From: a virus
Length of the DNA: 64,000 bases
IMG/VR virus record: IMGVR_UViG_3300042197_002243
Strand: one strand, 5' to 3'
Shown here: piece after piece, positions 60,295-64,000 of the stretch
Position numbering within the stretch: the first letter of the stretch is position 1
Layout: the number at the start of each line of letters is the position of its first letter
Translations under genes and position numbers: made by a program
The notes under the pieces: generated by a model
Databases searched by the model: none
Seen by the model: the letters and a program-made list of their open reading frames with translations, nothing else
Told to the model about the DNA's origin: nothing

Positions 60295-60973
60295 TGTTTT
60301 TAGCTCCTGATTTTGTTAAATCAGAACTTTTTACGGGGTTGCTATCCCGAATTTCTTTAATCTCGTACATGAAATCATCTGAGGTTTCAATTTTTCGACG
60401 ATTTTCAACAGAATATTCGGTTAAATCAATTTCGTAACCTGGATTTTTGGTGATTCTATTCTTTGTCCATGCATCATCATACCATAAAATCTTATTATTT
60501 GGATATGCATAAAAGTTTCCATTATCCATCTTAAATACGTGAGCACACTTATGCTCTGGTGTCTCGCTGAAATTCGTATTTAATGTGGATTTTGACTCCC
60601 ATGACCAATCAAGAGTAAACAAATAGGTTCCTTCATGTTTTTCTCCACGATAAGTGATCAATTGCGCTTTTAAGTTAGCCAATCGAGAACGAACCTGAAC
60701 ATCAATATAAGGGGAAAAACAATCCCACCACATACACTCTTCTAACTCTGGAACTGGTGCATCTGGCTTCCAACAAAAGGCATGAATGGGTCTTCGTGTC
60801 CAATTGACTCCATTCTCTAAAAACGCTTCAAAGAGGGGTACGTGCTTCTCTAAGGACGCTACAGAGTGTACGTCGCATAATGTTACCTCACCATGCCCTT
60901 TCTTATGATTATATAAAAACTCGTTACGAATATAACAAGTAATCGTCGGTAAATTGTGATTGAGATATGCCAT
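60275..60973 (-). CDS. conserved hypothetical protein
   Basis: 232 aa, W/C/H-rich (WWDCFS, EHKCAH, YAYPNN). Confidence 0.8.
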   Translation of the reverse strand: MAYLNHNLPTITCYIRNEFLYNHKKGHGEVTLCDVHSVASLEKHVPLFEAFLENGVNWTRRPIHAFCWKPDAPVPELEECMWWDCFSPYIDVQVRSRLANLKAQLITYRGEKHEGTYLFTLDWSWESKSTLNTNFSETPEHKCAHVFKMDNGNFYAYPNNKILWYDDAWTKNRITKNPGYEIDLTEYSVENRRKIETSDDFMYEIKEIRDSNPVKSSDLTKSGAKNNGNSSN

Positions 60974-60981
60974 AAAATATT

Positions 60982-61005
60982 AAAAAAGCAGGAATTTCTT
61001 CCTGC
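60982..61005 (-). terminator. rho-independent terminator
   Basis: GCAGGAA-GAAA-TTCCTGC followed by T6. Confidence 0.85.
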
Positions 61006-61017
61006 ACTATCTATACG

Positions 61018-61164
61018 TTATTTGCCTTGTCCTCTATATTTCTTCTGCTTACCATTGCGAGAAGTGGCAGAGGTCAGCGTCATCTTACTACGACCTTGCC
61101 GAGTTTTCTTCGGGGATCCAGGAACATGAAAGTTCTTGTTTATTGAAGATCCAACTTTAGCCAT
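61018..61164 (-). CDS. small basic protein (48 aa, ends KKYRGQGK)
   Basis: Not in the ORF track. Manual translation MAKVGSSINKNFHVPGSPKKTRQGRSKMTLTSATSRNGKQKKYRGQGK; AGGGAG SD upstream and a terminator downstream. Confidence 0.75.
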   Translation of the reverse strand: MAKVGSSINKNFHVPGSPKKTRQGRSKMTLTSATSRNGKQKKYRGQGK

Positions 61165-61309
61165 AAGTACTCTCCCTTAATTCTAATTCATTTACATCAA
61201 ATTCTAAGTCTTCATAATACCTTTGAGAGAGGTCATCCAGAATCTCAGCACAGTCTTCATGTGTGAGATTGCGATATAAGACTCTCCCTCGGTATACGAT
61301 ATCAAACAT
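61157..61309 (-). CDS. small acidic hypothetical protein
   Basis: Likely start MFDIVY at 61309 (TGATG overlap with the upstream stop). Confidence 0.6.
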   Translation of the reverse strand: MFDIVYRGRVLYRNLTHEDCAEILDDLSQRYYEDLEFDVNELELRESTYG

Positions 61310-62088
61310 CAGATTACACGAGTCTTTTCGTGACCAACACGGATCCGAGGATCGCACCAGATCTCAAAACCCTTTTCTTTTGCATCCAGACAGAAGGACA
61401 CATCTTCTCCACACATATCCTGAACATTACCAGATTCAAACACCTGCATCTTTGGAGCGAACCAGGGGTACTCAAGATTCTCGAAGACACCGTTCTTAAT
61501 CATGACCCAACCGAAACCAGTGTAGTCTACGGTGAAAGGCTTACGACGCTTTTCCATGGTGGTCAATGTCTCATGATTCATCACACCACCGTTCTTGCGG
61601 AAGTCATCTTCTTCCAACCAGTGAGCCACTGAAGTCGTGTGACCATCTTCTGTGCAATACCAACCTGCGGTGATTTCTCTATTTACGAGATTGCCTTCGC
61701 TGTCTTCACTCAGAGCTAAATCACAGAGTTGCCAGAACTTTTCTGTATTAAACACAATATCATTATCAATCCACAGTTGATAATCATAATTCAGTTTACC
61801 ATCCCAGGGAATCTGCTTTGGACCACGCAGTACATTTGCACCTAAGCACTTGCAACGTGCAAAGTTCACCATCGATGAGTAATCCTGAGAAATCTGAATA
61901 CTCATTTGATTCTGTACCATATCAAAGCACAGTTGTACAAATGACTTTAAAAACTGATATGAACAACCTCTTCCAGGAAGACAGAATACAATTGACTTCC
62001 CACGCATCCGTTCTTTAATTTTATCATAATCCCACTCAGGTTCAGATACCTTTGGAGCAGGAGCTTTAACAGTAAATCCTTTTGCCAT
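61309..62088 (-). CDS. GT-A-fold glycosyltransferase-like protein
   Basis: WIDND (DxD) motif, TGFGWVMIK, GEDVSFC, VGH. Confidence 0.75.
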   Translation of the reverse strand: MAKGFTVKAPAPKVSEPEWDYDKIKERMRGKSIVFCLPGRGCSYQFLKSFVQLCFDMVQNQMSIQISQDYSSMVNFARCKCLGANVLRGPKQIPWDGKLNYDYQLWIDNDIVFNTEKFWQLCDLALSEDSEGNLVNREITAGWYCTEDGHTTSVAHWLEEDDFRKNGGVMNHETLTTMEKRRKPFTVDYTGFGWVMIKNGVFENLEYPWFAPKMQVFESGNVQDMCGEDVSFCLDAKEKGFEIWCDPRIRVGHEKTRVI

Positions 62089-62111
62089 AAGAGAAAATAA
62101 CTTTCAGTTCA

Positions 62112-62140
62112 ATTTTACCATGTATATATGATACTGTCAA
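62112..62140 (-). promoter_or_regulatory. sigma70-type promoter of the glycosyltransferase gene
   Basis: TTGACA-17 bp-TAAAAT with TGn extension. Confidence 0.8.
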
Positions 62141-62673
62141 TGCATATTAAATGAAAGAATTAATCTTTCTTTTGATGAATTGTTGGGTACTGTATAATGT
62201 TTAATTATTGATGGAAAAAATATAATCGTTCCCTCAGAAGCATTAGGAGTAAATTTCAAATCTTCTGCAGTTATGAAATTATTAAATGGAGCAACAAATA
62301 TTGTTTCCGTATGTACCGAAGAATCAAATTCTATAAAACATACAGAACTATATCCTATTGTACCATGACTGTGTATGGCATGAAAATGATTGTTTAATGC
62401 TAATTCGAACCAAGAGCTTGTTACATTATATGATTTTAACTCAGAATTGGTCTCATATTCAAATCGATCAATTTCATCTTTTAATATATTTTGTATTTGT
62501 GCGTTGTATTTAAATCCAGATTCGAATTGTTCATGATAATCTGTAAACACTCTACTGCGAATATTTTCTTTAATATTTGATTGATGATATACTTCTTTTA
62601 ACTGATTTTTTTTAATTTGCCAATTTTCAATTTCATATTGAAAAAGAGGTATACTAAACATTATATGTTTCAT
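62137..62673 (-). CDS. 2OG-Fe(II) oxygenase-like protein (HxH type)
   Basis: HAIHSH...GTIIFFPSIIKH...RLILSFN. Confidence 0.8.
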   Translation of the reverse strand: MKHIMFSIPLFQYEIENWQIKKNQLKEVYHQSNIKENIRSRVFTDYHEQFESGFKYNAQIQNILKDEIDRFEYETNSELKSYNVTSSWFELALNNHFHAIHSHGTIGYSSVCFIEFDSSVHTETIFVAPFNNFITAEDLKFTPNASEGTIIFFPSIIKHYTVPNNSSKERLILSFNMH

Positions 62674-62676
62674 TGT

Positions 62677-62883
62677 TCAGTAAGAAACTTCAAGTTCTTT
62701 ATTTACGGTCAATTCTTCGTAAGAAAGATCTTTGATAGAATAATCGGTTTTCATGATGCCAACCATTCGATTCAAGGTATCCCATGTTACTTGGAAATCT
62801 TCTTCTTGAACGGAATGAAAGATGCACTTATCTTTTGCGTAAATGTGGTAAATCTTTTGCACTGTATCTTCTGTGCTCAACAT
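62677..62883 (-). CDS. small hypothetical protein
   Basis: 68 aa; IYHIYAK...LSYEEL. Confidence 0.65.
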   Translation of the reverse strand: MLSTEDTVQKIYHIYAKDKCIFHSVQEEDFQVTWDTLNRMVGIMKTDYSIKDLSYEELTVNKELEVSY

Positions 62884-62894
62884 GATTATTTATT

Positions 62895-63569
62895 TTAAAC
62901 TGAACGTATTCTTGTAATCGGAGTTTTATTGACAAATAATTCCGTCATAAAAATTACTAAGGTTAATCGACTATTATCTTCAGTATTTCCAAAGAAACGA
63001 TCTGCACAATGAAAATAGTGAGAATCAAATATAAACAATCGATTGAATAAATTGTTTACTGTTAAAATTTTTTCAAATTGATCATTGTTTTCTTTTCTAC
63101 ACTTATCATAATGCACAGACCTTCTTAATTCAATATCTCGATTTCCATCCTTTTTAACTTGATCGTGCAATTGATTCGCTGCAAGATTCTTTGGCCAATA
63201 TAAACTTGTACCACATTCCAATGGAGCATTTGGTGTTAAGTAGATAATTCCTGTCAATAAAGATGGTCGATACTGATCTGTATGCACCCATCCATCATCA
63301 AAAGATTCATCAGTGAGTTGATATTTAATTTCGGATTTCCATGAGATGTTTTCTTTTCCCAAATCATAAAAACTACTCAGAATCTTTCGATTGATATTAT
63401 CAAACAATAAAGGGTGAATTTCTGATAGGCACTTTGATCTTTTTCCGCGATATGCTACATTCTTACAATCAACATCTAGATTCTGTGCCATTTTTAATCC
63501 ATATTCTCTCACGCTATATGGATTATCAAAAAAACCATCGATCACTGTATGGGGAATTGTATTACTCAT
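62895..63569 (-). CDS. 2OG-Fe(II) oxygenase-like protein (HxD type)
   Basis: VIDGFFDNP, WVHTD, GIIYL, NRLFIFDSHYFH, RLTLVIF. Confidence 0.82.
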   Translation of the reverse strand: MSNTIPHTVIDGFFDNPYSVREYGLKMAQNLDVDCKNVAYRGKRSKCLSEIHPLLFDNINRKILSSFYDLGKENISWKSEIKYQLTDESFDDGWVHTDQYRPSLLTGIIYLTPNAPLECGTSLYWPKNLAANQLHDQVKKDGNRDIELRRSVHYDKCRKENNDQFEKILTVNNLFNRLFIFDSHYFHCADRFFGNTEDNSRLTLVIFMTELFVNKTPITRIRSV

Positions 63570-63572
63570 TTT

Positions 63573-63656
63573 TTATTTTTTCTTACCACCCTTCTTGGGA
63601 AGTGTGCGCTTATCAGGTCTTGAATACCCATCCTTATGAATCCATTTGACGCCCAT
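63573..63656 (-). CDS. 27-aa basic peptide
   Basis: MGVKWIHKDGYSRPDKRTLPKKGGKKK; GGAGGT SD, with late promoter TATAAATA at 63682-63689 immediately upstream. Confidence 0.6.
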   Translation of the reverse strand: MGVKWIHKDGYSRPDKRTLPKKGGKKK

Positions 63657-63847
63657 TTTTTACCTCCGGAAATTTTTTTGATATTTATAAAGCTCGGTCG
63701 AATTGTCACCTCTGTAGGTTAGGGACTTATCGATTTTTATAAACCGCCACGCCGCCCGCCGTTATAACCGCCAAGGGGCCACATACTGCCAACACGAATA
63801 ACTGTCAATACGAATAAGTGGGCTCAGCGTATAACCACTGAGCCCCT

Positions 63848-63876
63848 ATTATAACATCAAAACTCTATAACGTCAA
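63848..63876 (-). promoter_or_regulatory. strong sigma70-type promoter firing into a non-coding segment
   Basis: TTGACG-17 bp-TATAAT with TGn extension. Confidence 0.8.
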
Positions 63877-63973
63877 TCTCCACATTGTCGGCAGCGATAG
63901 AGTCGAGAATGCTCAGAATCTCATTGCCGTTGTTACCTTTGGACAGAAGCGCAAGTGCAATCGAACGAGTCAT
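63857..63973 (-). CDS. small hypothetical protein (38 aa)
   Basis: Manual translation MTRSIALALLSKGNNGNEILSILDSIAADNVEIDVIEF. Confidence 0.5.
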   Translation of the reverse strand: MTRSIALALLSKGNNGNEILSILDSIAADNVEIDVIEF

Positions 63974-64000
63974 GATTAAGTGTTAGAAACTGTGTGTGTG

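Noticed and set aside
1-64000. tRNA genes, introns/inteins, photosynthesis genes or a recoded genetic code
   Set aside because: I recognised no cloverleafs or psbA/hli-type ORFs. Core genes (g17, g20, g23, uvsW, g46) are uninterrupted and of normal length under the standard code. A tRNAscan/Infernal run would be needed to exclude small RNAs formally.

Overview
This window is a contiguous piece of a T4-like (myovirus) phage genome, and essentially every real gene is on the minus strand. Gene content and order match T4-like cyanophages; a freshwater Synechococcus/Cyanobium-type host is my inference, not something the sequence shows. In transcription order (right to left) it contains: a non-coding promoter/hairpin/G-rich segment; two 2OG-Fe(II) oxygenases and a GT-A-like glycosyltransferase; baseplate genes g25, g6, g7, g8 and a 2490-aa VrlC-like protein; g13, g14, g15, g16; an ~11.6-kb insert between g16 and g17 holding fibre/spike genes and a multi-module basic protein; g17, g18, g19, g20; a 4-gene insert; g21, g22, g23; a free-standing GIY-YIG endonuclease; g3, uvsY, uvsW, g55, g47, g46; and a truncated HEXXH/vWA protein. 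T4-type late promoters (nATAAATA), three GNRA-loop terminators and several sigma70 promoters are readable. The best leads are: (1) a 496-aa late protein that looks like a polyprotein of small basic, mostly Cys-containing modules joined by gp21 prohead-protease-type cleavage motifs; (2) a recurring G-[IVL]-(G/A)-[ST] peptide motif across virion proteins, a possible modification sequon; (3) back-to-back sigma70 promoters with overlapping -35 boxes upstream of g55; (4) a candidate R-loop origin or ncRNA near 63.7-63.9 kb; (5) structured elements ahead of three genes. Gene calls come from motif recognition and synteny; no database searches were run.
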